From assembly GCF_009914755.1 (NCBI RefSeq), contig NC_060931.1: a stretch of DNA of 64,000 nt; one strand, given 5' to 3'. The translations under genes were made by a program, and so were the position numbers. Shown piece after piece: positions 29,221 to 44,139 of the stretch. Source of the stretch: the human T2T-CHM13v2.0 reference genome, Homo sapiens. Each line of letters starts with the position of its first letter. The first letter of the stretch is position 1. The notes beneath the pieces are model-generated. The model was not told where the DNA came from, did no database searches, and was given only the letters and a program-made list of their open reading frames with translations.

Positions 29221-31554
29221 TAGAAAGCTACTGACTATATGCAAGAATCAATAAACTTGCTTGAGTAACACATCCACCCTTAAACCAGAGCTCATGAGAC
29301 TTATGTACAAGTAGAGAAGCATTGCTCTGCTTATAAAAAGGGGGCCATTGAGATTAGTGCACAACAAAATACATCAGATAAGATGAGTGGGGGAAATACT
29401 TCTAACATCACCTTTAAAACTGCAGCTATTTGGGTTTTTTTATTGCTGAATTTATAGAACATATAAAGTTCTAGATAATACCTCTTAAAATCCTGAAACT
29501 TATGTTCAGGTAGTGCAGTTATACATCTGTTTATATGCATATGACTCATATACATTAAATATATAATGTAAAACCTCTCAGTAGCTTAATTAAAATATCT
29601 CCTCTAATGGAAATAAACGTTGTTACTTTATGAACATTTTGCTTTCAGAAGGGTAAATGCAATACTTTATATAGTTTTTAGCTGACTTTTAAATGAATTT
29701 CACAAGCTTTTAATACCACTTTGGTCAGAAAAAAACTTTTGTTTAGTGAAACAAAGATGCTACCAAAAGTGGCTAATATGTATCATTTCTGATAAATAAT
29801 TATAAAGCTTTTACTTTAAATATTATGATCTATCTGTTCACTTTTTATCAGGTCAACTAATAAGCGAATTAAAGCAAAAGACAAGAAATTTAAACTATCA
29901 TACAGATTTTTGCTACTTTTATTTTTTGTAAAGACTCAATCTGTCCTCTTCAGAAATCATCTTGTTAATAAAGCATAGTTTGAATGACTAAAAAGTAATG
30001 TTACTGTGATCATGTTAAAGGCATATTGGTCCAATGTCAGTCCTAGTATTGACATTTAGTCCCTGAATATATAGACTTCATTGTTGTTACATTAGGAAAA
30101 GTTAAGTTAATGGAGTCATTCCAGCTTTGTATACTTTCTATTGACTCTGTGATTTTTTTCTTTTTCAGATTTGAGTTCCTACAAATAATAGTTATTTTGC
30201 TTTTCTACTTTGATTACAGTAGTTAATTCAGAGAAATCTGTTTAGGGTCATTCAACATTCAATCAATAAACATGGTGGCAGAAGGCCATGGCTGGGATGC
30301 TTTGTAAGACATTTGAATTTCCATATACTGAAATTGCTAAGAGTAAATAACATGGAGTCTTTTGATTTTGAATGTGCACAGTTATTGTCTGAAAGTTAAT
30401 AGTAGATTATTTAAAGTTGAAATTTATAAAATGACAGATGAGCCATGTCAAATATAACATAGTAGCAATAAAATAAAACTGGTAGAGCTACCATAAACCA
30501 GAAGAAATTCCTCATGGCTAACTATGGACTGACTACTTGAGAGCAGTTTATTTACAAAAATTTTTATATTCCAAGCTGTTATTTCCTAAAGTAGACTGAA
30601 CAGCAATAAGTCTTAATTCTTTTTCGTATGTTGATTATGTATATGCCAGAGAAAAGGTTGATCATTTTAATGGTAGCCTAAGGCAAGTATAATGACAGAG
30701 ACAAATTAATTTTTTAGAGCAATGTTATAAATTACCTTGAGATTACCCTCTGGTATGGATTATATATAACTTTACTCCACTGACTCAGATAGTTCAGTGC
30801 TAGCTCTAATTTGTAAATTTTCTTAATTTACAATATATCACACAATTCCATTGTGTGATAAATTTTGATTGATCTTGGTCAGGCAAGCAGATGAGGTTGA
30901 CTGTTAAAACTCTTGATGCTTTATACACCTAGGGATCATGTTAAATTGTCAAGGGTTCAGTCTGAAGAGTGAGGTGTGTTAGCCCCTGTGTAAATGAAAT
31001 GCTCACTGCCCTGTGGAAATTTGGGCTGATGATGAAGGTTTCACTTTATTTGGCACTGCTGTCCTCGTGCATGTTCTGTGCCCTCTCCCGGTGCTAAGAA
31101 ACTGTCACCAATCCATTTCCCTACCAAAGTGGAATGGAACAAGATATGCGTGCAGCAACAGGAGTAGAACCTGTCCTGCCTATGGATGAAGTCTTTTCAC
31201 AAACACTTCTGGCCACGCTCAACCTACTGTATCCAGTGCTACCTGGCATTTGAAACAACAGTTCCAAATTTTCCTTTTCCTTCAAGTGATTTTTAATTTT
31301 TTTTCCAGTTTGCTTTTCTACATCTCCTTAAAGCTGAAAAGACAACTTCTTCATTATCTTAAATAAATTTTCATTAAGGGTTGGGGGGGAAGGGGATGTC
31401 TCAACCCAAACTAATCCATCGGTCAAATAGAGAATATTGTCTCTAATCATAAAAAAATCCTGATAGTTCAGCATCAATAGTGCAGCATCCATGCTCCTGG
31501 AGCACCATAATGTAAAGACAGTCCAAGAAACAGGAGTGGAGTGAGCATCAGTCA

Positions 31555-31740
31555 CAGACCACAAAGAGCGCAAGCTTTGGAGTCAGAAAACCAGGTTTAC
31601 TTTGGTAAGTAACTTAACTTCTTTCATTCTTCCTTTTCTCATTGCCCAATGGGAATAACAATATCAACTCTGCAAGACTGCCACAAGAATTAAATGGTAT
31701 AATTTGCAAATCACTAGCTCAGTGCTCTGCTACATACTAA
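31555..31740 (+). mobile_element. MIR
   Basis: aagctttggagtcagaaa...ggtaagtaacttaactt...aatgggaataacaat. Confidence 0.65.
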
Positions 31741-32369
31741 CTGCTATGGCAGCCCCATAGAAAGTCAGGTACAGATTAAGCCTGATGTACTGCACAACAA
31801 TAATAACAAGGAATAAGGTGTTGAAAATAGCTGCATTATATCATATCCCATTATTAACAGTTAATGGTGCTGAACTAGGAGTTATGCCCTTGAGAAAAAT
31901 TGTATTTGGTTAGCTGGTGATACTAGTTTATGATGGTTTATTGTAAGTATAAAATGATTGCAAAATTTTGTCCCAACCAATTTTCTTCTTAGAAAATCTA
32001 TCTCTAATAGCAATAAAATGTGGTTGCTGTTATGTTTCATTTTTTTTTCTGACACAAAGCTGGGCTTTGAAGGAGCTTTTCTATATACTAAGATGAGCTC
32101 AATAAAAATAAAATCCTTTGGATTAAGGTAACATCCCTATGAGACCTTTGCCTCTGGTAGAGGCATTTGCAGTAATGAACAAAAGAAGAATGGAAGACTT
32201 CCATTGTTGCTTTAAATTACATGTGTGACAGATCACAAAGAAATGGCTTTTAGTTAAATGAGCAATATTTTCTTGGTTTTCTCTCAGCTCTTCAATAGCA
32301 GTTAAAAGGTCCATTGGAAGTATGAATTTTCCTAGCAAAATAACACTGCATTATAAATGTTGCCAGTTT

Positions 32370-33810
32370 CTGATCACTGACTCATTCCTTAAACCTTGCT
32401 GGCTTCTGTTTTCACTATGTGACAGAACTGCATTCTTAAAAGTCACCAACACCTTCCATGGCTTGTCTTTAGTCTCCATCTCCCTCTGCAATCTTTAACC
32501 CTGCTGATCAGTACCTGCTAAAAAGTCTTCTCTGCAAAAGATAAGTAGCTACCCTATTTATCTTCCTAGCACTCTGAGCACATTATACAATTTTGCTGAT
32601 TTATAATAATCCCCCTGTTTCCTGAATGTACCTATTTCTTGAGGTTTGTCTCCTCTGTTTTTTTGCTCTCTTTATATTCTTTCTCTTGGTAAACTCATCC
32701 ACACCATAGTTTCAACACCTACCACACTGCCAATAACCCTCAAATTCGTATTTCCAGTCCTATCCTTTCTCCTGATCTCCAGACCTGATTATCTTCTCAG
32801 TGGCCAGCTGGACAATCCCAACAGGGTATCCCCCTCAGTATACAAACAAAATGCAGGTATCACACCAGATCATATTCAGTTGTCTCAACTGAGTATCATG
32901 CCCTGGTGTCTTGATTTTGGGATCTCCCTATTGCCTGCTTCAACTGTAACCTCAGAGCCATAATTAGAGTTCTGTCTTTGCTTCACCACCCTCATTTCTA
33001 ATTAGTTTACAGATTTTTTCTTGCTTGAATCCATCTGCTCCTTCCATCCTCACTGCCCTCATCAAGGAACAGGTTCTGATTTCCTCTTCCCTGAACGAAC
33101 ACAGTAACCTCAATACAAAACTCTCCAATTTCAACCTTGTTTTTCCCCAACTGCTATACACACTGGTACCAGATTAATTTTCTAAAATTTGGCTTCAATC
33201 AGATCATTCCCACGATTAACACACTTCAATCATTCTTCACTTTCTACTAATATAAAGAAAAGACGCATAGCCTGGCATTCAGGAACCATCACAGTATTAT
33301 GCCCATCTGTCCACTTTTTCTTTCTTCTCTCTTGATATTCCTCTACCACATACCCTGAACAAGTTCCATACAAGTTCTTCAGGGTGAATTCAGTGCCCAT
33401 CAAATCTTGAGAACTTCTTCGCTAAAATACAAACAAACTGAAATGGTCACAGTGTAACCAGCATGGTTACTCTGTATTCATAACATTTTGCCCCCTATTC
33501 CTGTTAAGTATTATTCTTCATCACCACCTCCACCACCTCATTCTACCCATCTCTCAACATCCAGGAACATTGTCCGTAAAGCTTTTTCATAAAGCTTTTA
33601 AAAAATGACTCTCTTCTACCCCCACTTCTATCTATGTCTCTCTCATCAGCTTATTTATCGTTATTTATATGTGCTATCTTCTGAGATGTCTACAAGGGCC
33701 TCAAATGCAGAATCCATGTCTAAGTCATCTTTTTTGTTTTTTAAAGTACTCAACATAACATATTATCCATAGTAGACACTCAATGAATACTTTATTCATA
33801 AACAAATAAA
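32370..33810 (+). mobile_element. L2 LINE (3' ~1.4 kb)
   Basis: ctggcttctg...aaagtcaccaac L2 ORF2 motif and the L2 3' end (tagacactcaatgaatac...aaacaaataaa). Confidence 0.7.
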
Positions 33811-34073
33811 AGGTTATAAATAATGACATTCCCTTAGACAATACTTAGGAAGTTCAGGAGGGAACTTCAAAATGTGCATGGCTGACAAAAGGGACCTATG
33901 AATTAATTTTGGCATTACATATATTTTATAACAAATTAGTTTAAAATTTAGATCTTAATGATTAGAAATACACTTTTAAAAGAATAAATTAAAAATGTTA
34001 CACTTTTTGATGAAATAGCCAAAGCATGTGTACGTAAATAATTCTACTTATTTCTTTATGTCAATAAGCTATC

Positions 34074-34624
34074 TGTGGCAGATTACATTTTTCAAAGAGG
34101 GCCACAAAAATATATCCCTACTCACACACTTTTCTGTGATGTAATCTTTCCACCCACTCATCTCAAGAGGTGGAGTCTATTTCTTCATCTGCTTGTATCT
34201 GGCTGGGGATGGGTCGGTGTGACTGCTTTGTCCAATTCTGGGCATAATACTTAACTGGCCTGGTAGCTTTTGCTCTTTGGCTCTTGGAAAAGAGCCATCA
34301 TATAAGAAGTATGTCTATGAAATCATCATACTGTGAGAAGCCCAAGCCACACTGACAGTCCCTGGAGAAGAAATGTCACATGGAAATCTAGAGATGGAAA
34401 GGTGAAAGAACACCGTGGTACCAAACATCTGAGTGAAGAAGCCATGTTGGAAGTGGATCCTCTATCATGAGCCACTCCAGTTTATGCCATGTGAATTGGA
34501 CACAAACCGCCCAGCTGAGCCCTTCTGAAATTCCTGATTTGTAAAATTGTAAGCAAAATAAAAGTGTTGCTTTATACCACTAAGTTTGGTGTAGCTTGTT
34601 ACTTAGAAATAGCTCGTGGAAACA
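34074..34624 (+). mobile_element. MaLR solo LTR, MLT1G-like
   Basis: tgtggcagattac...gaggtggagtctatttc...ccactaagtttggtgtagcttgttac...aaca. Confidence 0.75.
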
Positions 34625-35330
34625 CTACTCATCACCAATTTGAACCTGTACAACTATGTTCACACAAAAACAAAAATGGTATGACTACAAAACAGACAGC
34701 TAGGAACAACAAACTGCTATGTTTGTGATTTAAATGTTCTAAACAAAACCAAATACTGGCCAATTTACTAATTCCTTTAGTCCTTTCCTTAGCAAAAAAT
34801 TAATCAATATAAAAATGGATTAAATATATTTAATATTTTCCAAGTCAAGCCTCCACCACAAACGCATAAGACTAAGTTATAAAATAGGCTGAAAACTACC
34901 AAAGAAACATAAGTTAAAAAAAAACTAGGACAAGTTTGCAAAAATGTATTCTGGCAATGTCCATTATTAGTTTACATAAATTATGATGTATTCTAATACT
35001 GAAATTCTATGTAGCCATGAAAAATGATGATGTAGCTATACTGACAATAAAGATATATATAGTATATTAAATGTAAGGAGCCAATTACAAAACTGTGAAT
35101 AGTGAAATCTTATTTGGGACTGCTTTTAAAAGGATATGTATTTGTCCTTTCTCTCTGTCTCTCTCTGTATGTATGTATGTATATACACATACATATAACA
35201 TGTGTACATATGTATACACACACACTTTTTTTCTATCAAAAAGAGGTCTGAAAAGATGTACATAAACATTTCATTATCTTTAGGGGGTGGAATTACAGGT
35301 CATCTCTGTTTTCTTCTTAAGACTTTAAGG

Positions 35331-35518
35331 CAGTGATTCTCAAAGTGTTGTCCTGCAACCAACAAAATCAACATCATCTGACAACTTGCTAGAAATGCAA
35401 ATTTGTGGGTGTCATCCTGGGCCTACTGATCAGAAACGCTGGGTGTGGAACTCCGCATTCTGTGGTTCAAACAGGCCTCCAAGGCAACACTGATGTATGC
35501 TAAAGCTTGCAAACAATG
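35331..35518 (+). mobile_element. MER5A
   Basis: cagtgattctcaaagtg...cttgctagaaatgcaaatt...taaagcttgcaaacaatg. Confidence 0.8.
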
Positions 35519-36762
35519 GCTTCACCACTGAATTTTGTAATTTTTAAAAAGGAAATATGGTATTTTCTCAGTTAAAAAAGTGAGTGTGTTTCCTTTATAA
35601 AGATTTTTAATGGGAATTTTTTAAAAGGAGCAAAGAGATGATTAGAGTAGTATGCACATGTTATTTTTTCCATCTATTTTCCATTTTTTTATTCTATTCT
35701 CCATATGTTTTAGCTGCTATTAGATATTTTTAAACTCTTTATCTCTCTGTACCTATTCCCAGTTTGTAGACTGTCTTTTTACTTCTGTCTAATCTGCCTG
35801 TTTAAACTGTCCATTGAGTTTTAATTTCAAACTGCTATATTTTTCATTTCTAAAAGTCAGCTTTTTTCTTTTTCAAATTTACTTTATTTTCATAGTTACC
35901 TCTTTTTACTGTAGGGTGTATACCTTCTCCTTAATAATTGTAAAGGCACTTTTTAATTAGTATCTTTGAGATCATCCTCAAACCCCAAGTTTTCTGTATC
36001 CTAATTGTTATGCTTGTCTTATCTGCTGCCCCTGTTTTATGATATATGTTTTCATCATTTTGTTTGCAGTGTTTTATTTTAAACTGCTCTTCAGAGAATT
36101 GTTTTATCTGTAGATGTCTCAAGAGAGGCTGTGGAAGTATTTCAACATAGCAGATTTGTACTTATTTTTGCCAGGTAACAGGAGTTTCTCTGGTCTAGAC
36201 CAGTTTGTGCTCTAATTTCTCGGTTTAGAACTTCAACCACAATGCATGTAGTGTAAATTCACAGTATATATCTTTTCTCATGGGAGGCTTTTGTATTATT
36301 GTCATTCAAAGTCCTGAGACGAAAAAACTAGTTTTGTTGTACATAGGATAAAGTTTCCTTGTATCTTGGGGAAAGTTTGCTGCTTAGCCTTTCACTGAGG
36401 GGTCAGGACTTTCAGAGTCCAGGCCAGGCTTCTATCGTGGCACCCACTCACCCCCCACCTCAGACAATGCCACAATTCCTGTCCTATGACGCTGGGACCT
36501 GTATCCAGTCTAAGAATCTCCCAAACTGTGACAGCTTCACATTTTGAGTGCATCGTTCTTAGCTTCATGTCTTCTTTTTGTTTCCTCCAGATGAACTTTC
36601 TTTTCCCTCAGGTTCATCTTTGTATTTTGTTCAGCATTTTTAAGAGCTTATGGAAGGAGGAAATTTCACTTTAGTTCAGTCTGCCATACTGATGGAACCT
36701 CCACATTTCCTTTAATGTTGTTATCTTGCTCTTGCAATTAATTTTTTTAAAAACCTCGGTTG

Positions 36763-38832
36763 TTGGAAGTTCCAGCTAGAGCAATCAGGCAAGAGAAAGA
36801 GATAAAGGGCATCCGAATTGAAAAAGGGAAAGTCAGACTATCTCTATTTGCCGATGATATGATCATATACCTAGAAAATCCTAAAGACTCCTCCAAAAGA
36901 CTCCTACATTTGATAAATAAATTCGGGAAAGTCTCAGGTTACAAAATCAATATACACAAATTGGTATCACTGTTATATACCAACAGTGACCTAGCTGAGA
37001 ATCAAATGAAGAACTCAATCACTTTTATAATTGCTGTAAAAACAAACCAATAAACGAATTTTAAAAATCTAGGAATATACTTTACCAAGAAGGTGAAAGA
37101 TCTCTACAAGGAGAACTATAAAACACTGCTAAAAAAAAAATAGATAACACAAACAAATGGAAATACATTTCATGCTCATGGATTGGAAGAATCAATATGG
37201 TGAAAGTGACCATACTGCCCAAAGCAATCTACAGATTGAATGCAATCCACATCAAAATACCAACATCATTTTTCACAGAATTAGAAAAAACAGTCCCCAA
37301 ATTAATATGGAACCAAAAAAGAGCCCAAATAGCCATAACAATCCTAAACAAAAAGAATAAATCTGGAGGCATCACATTACCCAACTTCAAATTATACTAC
37401 AAGGCTATAGTAACCTTGTAGTAGGTACTTGTATAAAAGTAGATACATAGACCAATGGATCAGAATAGAGAACCCAGAAATAAAGCCAAATGCACCCATC
37501 AAACTGGTCCTTGACAAAGCATAGAAAAACATAAATTGGGGAAAGGACACCCTATGTCATAAGTGGTGCTAAGAAAACTGTACAGTCACCTGTAGAAGAA
37601 TGAAACTGGATCCCTATCTCTTACCATACACAAAAATAAACTCAAGATGGACTAAAGACTTAGTCTAAGACCTACAACAATAAAAATTCTAGAAGAAAAC
37701 CCAGGAAAAACTCTCTGGACATTGGCCTAGGCAAAGAATTTATGACTAAGACACCTAAAGGAGATAAAACAAACATAAATAAATGAAACCTAATTAAACT
37801 AAACAGCTTCTGCACAGCAAAAGAAATAATCATTAGACTAAACAGACAAACCACAGAATAAGAAAATATTTGCAAACTACACATCTGATAAAGGACTAAT
37901 ATCCATAATCTACAAGAAACTCAAACAAATTAGCAAGAAAAAAATAAAAAATCCTATCCAAAAAGTGGGCAAAGGACATGGATAGACATATCTCAAAAAA
38001 AGATAAACAAATGGCTGACAAACATGAAAAAATGCACATCACTAATCATCAGGGAAATGAAAATTAAAACCACAATGAGATATCACCTTACCCCAGCCAA
38101 GATGGCCATTATTAAAAAGTCAAAAAACAATAAATGTTGGCATAGATGTGGTAAAAGAGAATGCTTATCAACTGATAGTGGGAATGTAAATTAGTGCAAC
38201 CTCTGTGGAAAGCAGTATGAAGATTTCTCAAAGAAATTAAAAGTAGATTTACCATTCAATCCAGCAGCCCCATTACTGGGTATCTATTCGAAGGAAAAGA
38301 AGTCATTATATCAAAAAGACATCTGCATACAAATGTTTACCACAACACAATTCACAATTGCAAAGAAATGGAACCAACCTAAATGCTCATTCAACACTGA
38401 GTGGATAAAGAAAATGCGGTGTGTGTAAACATACACACTCCCCCCACAACACACACACCATGGAATACTACTCAGCCATAAAAAGGAACAAAATAATATC
38501 TTTTGCAGCAACTTGGATGAAGCTGAAGGTCATTATGTGAAGTGAAGTAACTCTGTATCTCAGGAATGGAAAACCAAATACCATACGTTCTCATTCATAA
38601 GTGAGAGCTAAGCTATGGGTATGCAAAGGCATATAGAGTGGTATAATGGATGCTGGAGACTCAGGAGGGGGAATAAATGGGAGGAGGGTGATGGATAAAA
38701 AACTGCATGTTAGGTACAATATATACTACGCGGGTGACAGGTACACTAAAATCTCAGACTTCACAACTACATAATTCATTCATGTAATCAAAAGCCACTT
38801 GTACCCCTAAAGCTATTGAAATAAAAAAAAAA
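36763..38832 (+). mobile_element. 5'-truncated LINE-1, L1PB4-like, antisense to IMMP2L
   Basis: ORF2 remnants (SLFADDMI at 36760-37053). 3' end cacttgtacccctaaagctattgaaat + A run; degenerate TSD aaaaacctcggttg/aaaaactttgcttg. Confidence 0.88.
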
Positions 38833-40989
38833 CTTTGCTTGGTAAAAATGGGCTCTGCTAAATATAATATCTCAGATTCAAATCTACACATTGTTAACCA
38901 TAACAGTTGCATTTGATTTCACTGAAAATAATCTTTTACTAAAGAAAATAAGTTTCAAACTTCGCCGATTATTTACAATTTGTTATTTATTTATTTTTGG
39001 TATAGATTATAGCTGTGGGGAAAAATAGCTCTTTCTAGGAGGAATTACTATTCAGAGCAGTCTGAACCAGTGTGAAAACTGCTAGAAGCAGGAAATCAAA
39101 ATATTGTTTATTCTCATGAAAGGCAGGAGATTGTATTAGATACTGCTAGGCCCAATGTGACTGCTAACTAGAACACTAGTAATCACTCTATTAGCTGCAA
39201 AAAATCTTCAACTGTTCAGCAATGTGGTACAGAGGAACCAGCCCAGTTTAAGAAGAGGGCTAAGTGCAGTGTTTGTGAAAATGCAGCCCAAGCCATCTGC
39301 ACATGAATCTCCCAGGGTGCTCCTTTGAATCTTCATTTTAAACAATTCTTCCTGGTGATGCATCTCCATATTCAAGTTTGAGATCAACTGGTTAAGTGCA
39401 TAAAAGCAAGCATTTTGGTAACAAAATACAAATCATATAACAAAGAACTGAAGTTCCGTTTGAGACAAAGAATGAAAATCAAGTACATCTTACATGAGTT
39501 ACATGATATATACTAAATTGTCTACTTCTTAAGAAGGGCAGAGGTTTTGTGTACTCTAATGCTGAGTGATCTCCCAGCTCTAAGAGAACAACCATATAGG
39601 AAAATCGCATCTGTCTCAACCACTCTGGTCTGAGACACTATCATCTTATACCAGGACTATTTCATTAGCCCCCTAAATGGTTTCAAATGTCACAATGGAA
39701 AAGCCTTCTATGTCCTCCACATTTAAAATAGTGCCATCTAGTCTTTATAGCACTTTTCTCCAGGTGACACATTACACAATATAGACTTATTCATTTGTTC
39801 TCTATCTGTATTTACTCACTAGGCTATGAAACTATGGGAACAGGACTTTGCTTTGTTAATTGCTGTATCCTGAGTGCCTAGAGGACTGTCTTCCACCTGT
39901 AAAGGCTCAACAAACACTTCCTGAATAAATAAGTGAAAGTGCTTAAGGAAGGCCTCTCCTCCTTCTGGATTATTAGAGAGGATGAAGCTTTCCTAGAGGG
40001 AACAGGAAAAAAATCCATAGACACCAGAAAATAAGATGTGTTCTGAGTACAGGGCAAACCAAACCAGTGTCATGAGTTTGATGTAGGGAAGAACCTCACA
40101 CAAAGAGAAAGAAAGAATTTCAAAGCCCCTGGAACTCTTGCACTGAAATCAGTTTTGTTTTGTTGTTGTTGTTGTTAATAAAAGGTCAAGCTAGTCTTTC
40201 TGGGGTACTTGTGGTAGCAATAATGCAAGGGAGGCTATAGAGACCCTCGCAAGTGGGAGGCCATGTGTTGGTGATGGATGCTTCCCTTCTTGGGGAACAG
40301 AGGGGACCTTCATCTTAGAGGTTCTATGTTTCCCACCTGGAATGAGTATCCCAAATACAAGAGATTGCAGATACTACCATTTCTGATGACTTGGAAGAAT
40401 GATAAAGTCGTAAAAAATAAAGCAATCTTCCTGTGAAATAGACTTGTGAAACTCTGGGATACATAAGGATTAAGTCTTTTTATTTCTTTTTCCAATTCAA
40501 GTTTTTACCTTTGAACAAAGAAAAAAAAATAACATACAAGTGAATAGTTGGCTAAAAAAGAATAGACTAGAATTTATTGTTCTGGGTGATGACTTATGAT
40601 CTTAGAACAATTGGATCCTGACAGGGAGAGAGCACAATCTTAAAGAGATGAGGAAGAAAGTGTTTGGCATCTGTGCCCACCAGATGAAGATGTTGTAAAC
40701 CTAAATGAAATCAGATACAAAAAAAGAACAATATACATGATACAGAAAAAGAACTCTAATAGAGTCCAGTAAGTCTCAGGGGAAAATTAAGGAAAAGAAA
40801 AAGTAATATTTAGGTCCTTAATTGCCTTTGAGACACAGTCTAAGTTCTGACACAAAGGAGTAAATGTGATTTCTTGGCAATTATTAAGGCTTTCTGAGAA
40901 GGTACTCAGGTCTGAAGATGCAATTGACTGAGGCATAGTGAAACAGAGAGAGCGAGAGAAAGAGGAGGAGAGAGAGAGAGATAGAGCGA

Positions 40990-41872
40990 ATTTGGTGGTT
41001 CCTCAAAAAGTTAAACATAGAATTTATATATGATCGAGCAATTTCACTCCTAGGTATATATCAAGAATTGAAAACAGACTCAAACAAATACTTGAACCTG
41101 CATGTTCATAGTAGCACTGTTTACAATAGTTAAAAGTGACTGGATGGGTGGATAACTGAAATGTGATATATATCTATCTATATCTATATATGCAAAAGAT
41201 TATTCATCTATAAAAAAATGAAATACTGATAAATGAACATGGATAAACCTTGAAAGCGTCGTGTTAAGTGAAAGAGCTGGACACAAAAGGTCATATATTG
41301 TATGATTCCATTGATATGAAATATCCATAATAGGGAAATCCACAGAGATAGAATGTACATTGGTCATTGCCAGGGGGTGTGAGGATAGGGAAATGGGGAG
41401 TAATTTGTTAACAGATAAGAGGTTTCCTTTGGGGTAATGAAAATATTTTGGAAGTAGACATAGTGGTTGTACCGCATCATAAAAATGTTTGATGACACAG
41501 AATTGTTCACTTTTTATTGTTTGTCTGTTTATTGAGACAGGGTCTTGCTCTGTTGCCCAGGCTGCAGTACAGTGGCACAATTGTGGCTCACTGCAGTCTC
41601 AACCTTCTGGGTTCAAGCTGTCCCCCCGCCTTAGCCTCCCAAGTGGCTGGGATCATATGTGAATGCCACCACCCCCAGCTAATTTTTAAATTTTTTGTAG
41701 AGACAGGGTCTTGCCATGTTTCCCAGGCTAGTCTCGGACTCCTGGGCTCAAGCAATCCTCCCACCTCAGCCTCCCAAAGTGCTGGGATTACAGGCATGTA
41801 ATCCACTGTGCCCAGCCAGAAATGTTCACTTAAAGTGGATAATTTTATGTTATTTGAATTTCCCCTCAATAA
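40990..41872 (+). mobile_element. L1MB-type 3' end, interrupted by AluJ
   Basis: ggttcctcaaaaagttaaacataga...ggataaaccttgaaa...gtatgattcca. Confidence 0.78.
41512..41817 (-). mobile_element. AluJ
   Basis: gagacagggtc and ctgggctcaagcaatcctcc diagnostics; TSD agaattgttcactt/agaaatgttcactt. Confidence 0.9.
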
Positions 41873-42720
41873 TCAGAATAATAAAGATAGTCTCAAAGGT
41901 TAAAAAAATTAATTGAATTTTTAAAAAGATAGAAGCGGGAGGGCAGGGAAGGGGAGAGTAGAGGAGGGAGCGGCAGTCCCTGATAGAAAAGGATATGCTT
42001 CTAGAACAGCCCAAACCTCAGGGCAGCAGCATAATGTAGGGTGCTTCCTGAGACTAATAGTGTAGAGAGACACCAAAGCAACAGAATTCTGAAAGGAAGA
42101 CTCAGACAGCCTAGTCCGACAGACCATTAAGAATGATAGTCTCCAATTAAGGAGGCAGAGCACAGAGACAAAAGATGAATGACAGATTCCACAGAGGACA
42201 TATGCTGTGGGAACTGCACAGGTTAATAAACTGAAGTCTTTGTCTCCAAAAGCTAACACTCTAATACAGCTGTGACTTTCAGAGGACGGCCTTTTGCCAT
42301 GATAGAGGTAAATGTACATGTCAGGATCATTCAGAAGAAAGAGAAACCACTTTTCAAAAGTGGAAACAGTAAAAGCTCCATAAACATTTGCACCATCTCT
42401 TACTGAGTGATTGCAGAGTAGGGTGAATGAAAAGAGGGAAAAGCACATGAAGACACAGGGCATGTCACATGCATGAAGGGGTTCCATAAGCAGTAAGGCT
42501 GGCAAGGAGGACTCTGTCCAGACTGGTACCTGAATGCCAGGCTAACAAATCTGGACTGTATTTATCAGCTAATAGAGAAGCATGGAGGTTTCTAAGTAGT
42601 GAGTGACATGAGATTTGCTTTGGGAAAATTATTCTGGCAGGTATGTGTAAGAAGAAAAATGGACTACCAGCAGGGAGAGCACTTAGAAATAGACTCAGTA
42701 TTCCAGGTAAGAGGGAATAA

Positions 42721-43052
<332 letters not shown>

Positions 43053-43404
43053 TGCATTGAGACATTTCTGTGGTATGAGAGTAAAGGGACAGATAAAATG
43101 GGTATCGGAAAGCTCACTGGAAGTAGAAGACAAAGAGAATAAGAATTTGATTGGGGGGACGGATGGGTAATTATGTCATTAGTTAAAAAAAGTAGCACAG
43201 ACGAGTTCCATTTGACATATATTGTGTTTCAAATGGGCAGGAAGATCCAGGTGGAGGGCTCAATAAACAGCAATAAAGCCTGAGGAGAGATAAGAAGTGC
43301 AGGAGACATCCTTAAAGGTATGAGGGTCGAAATTCGATTCAAGTTTGTTATGCAGATGGTCTGTGAGCACTTGGGGAAATGAAGAGAAATCAACCAGAAG
43401 CAAA

Positions 43405-43650
43405 CCTGAGTTTGCTGCCAACTAGTTATGCCAAATTAACCTCAATTCCTTTGTGATGAGGTACCTAGACTCACAATCAGGGAAGCGTTTTGACATGGCA
43501 TATCTTGATTTCAGCTAAACATGTGACAGTATCTCATGATATCCTTATGACTAAAATGGAAGCATGCTGGGTACAAAAACAGATATAGATGGATTCAGAG
43601 TTAATTGACTAATCATAGCTGAAACACATTGATTACCACAGCATTGCTGA
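43405..43650 (+). mobile_element. L3/CR1 RT fragment
   Basis: tatgccaaattaacctc...tatcttgatttcagctaa...ctcatgatatcctt resembles the CR1 C.TNL...YLDFSKAFD...H motif region. Confidence 0.7.
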
Positions 43651-43847
43651 CCTGAACACAAATACAGGAGAACCTAAAAAATATTAACTTTATACTCAAA
43701 TGTTTATACCCTTAAAAAGAATGGCTAATTTACCTCACTGAGTAGTTGAAGGAATCTCCAATAGAATCACAACAAATTATTTTGTTGGTTTACAGTGTTA
43801 TTCATGGTTTGGAATTTTAACTAACAGTGACCACAGAAAGAATTCTT

Positions 43848-44139
43848 GGCTTGTCATGGTGGCACACGCCTGTTATCCCAGCACTTTGGGAGGCTGAGGT
43901 GGGAGGATTACTTGAGCCAGGAGTTTGAGACCAGCCTGCACAACATAGTGAGATCCTGTCTCTACAAAAAATTAGCTGGCTGTGGTGGTGCGGGCTGTAG
44001 TCCCAGTTATTTGGGAGGCTGATTTGGGAAGATCACTTAAGCCCAGAAGTTCAAGGCAGCAGTTAGCTGTGATCATGCCACTGCACCCCAGCCTTGGCAA
44101 CAGAGTGAGACCCTATCTCTAAGAAATAAAAATAAAAAA
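43848..44139 (+). mobile_element. AluJ
   Basis: gggaggattacttgagcc and agtgagaccctatctc diagnostics. Confidence 0.9.

Noticed and set aside
41921-42505. 194-aa minus-strand ORF
   Set aside because: Non-ATG start, low-complexity Leu/Cys/Ser composition, no recognisable domain, partly overlaps decayed L2; most likely a chance ORF.
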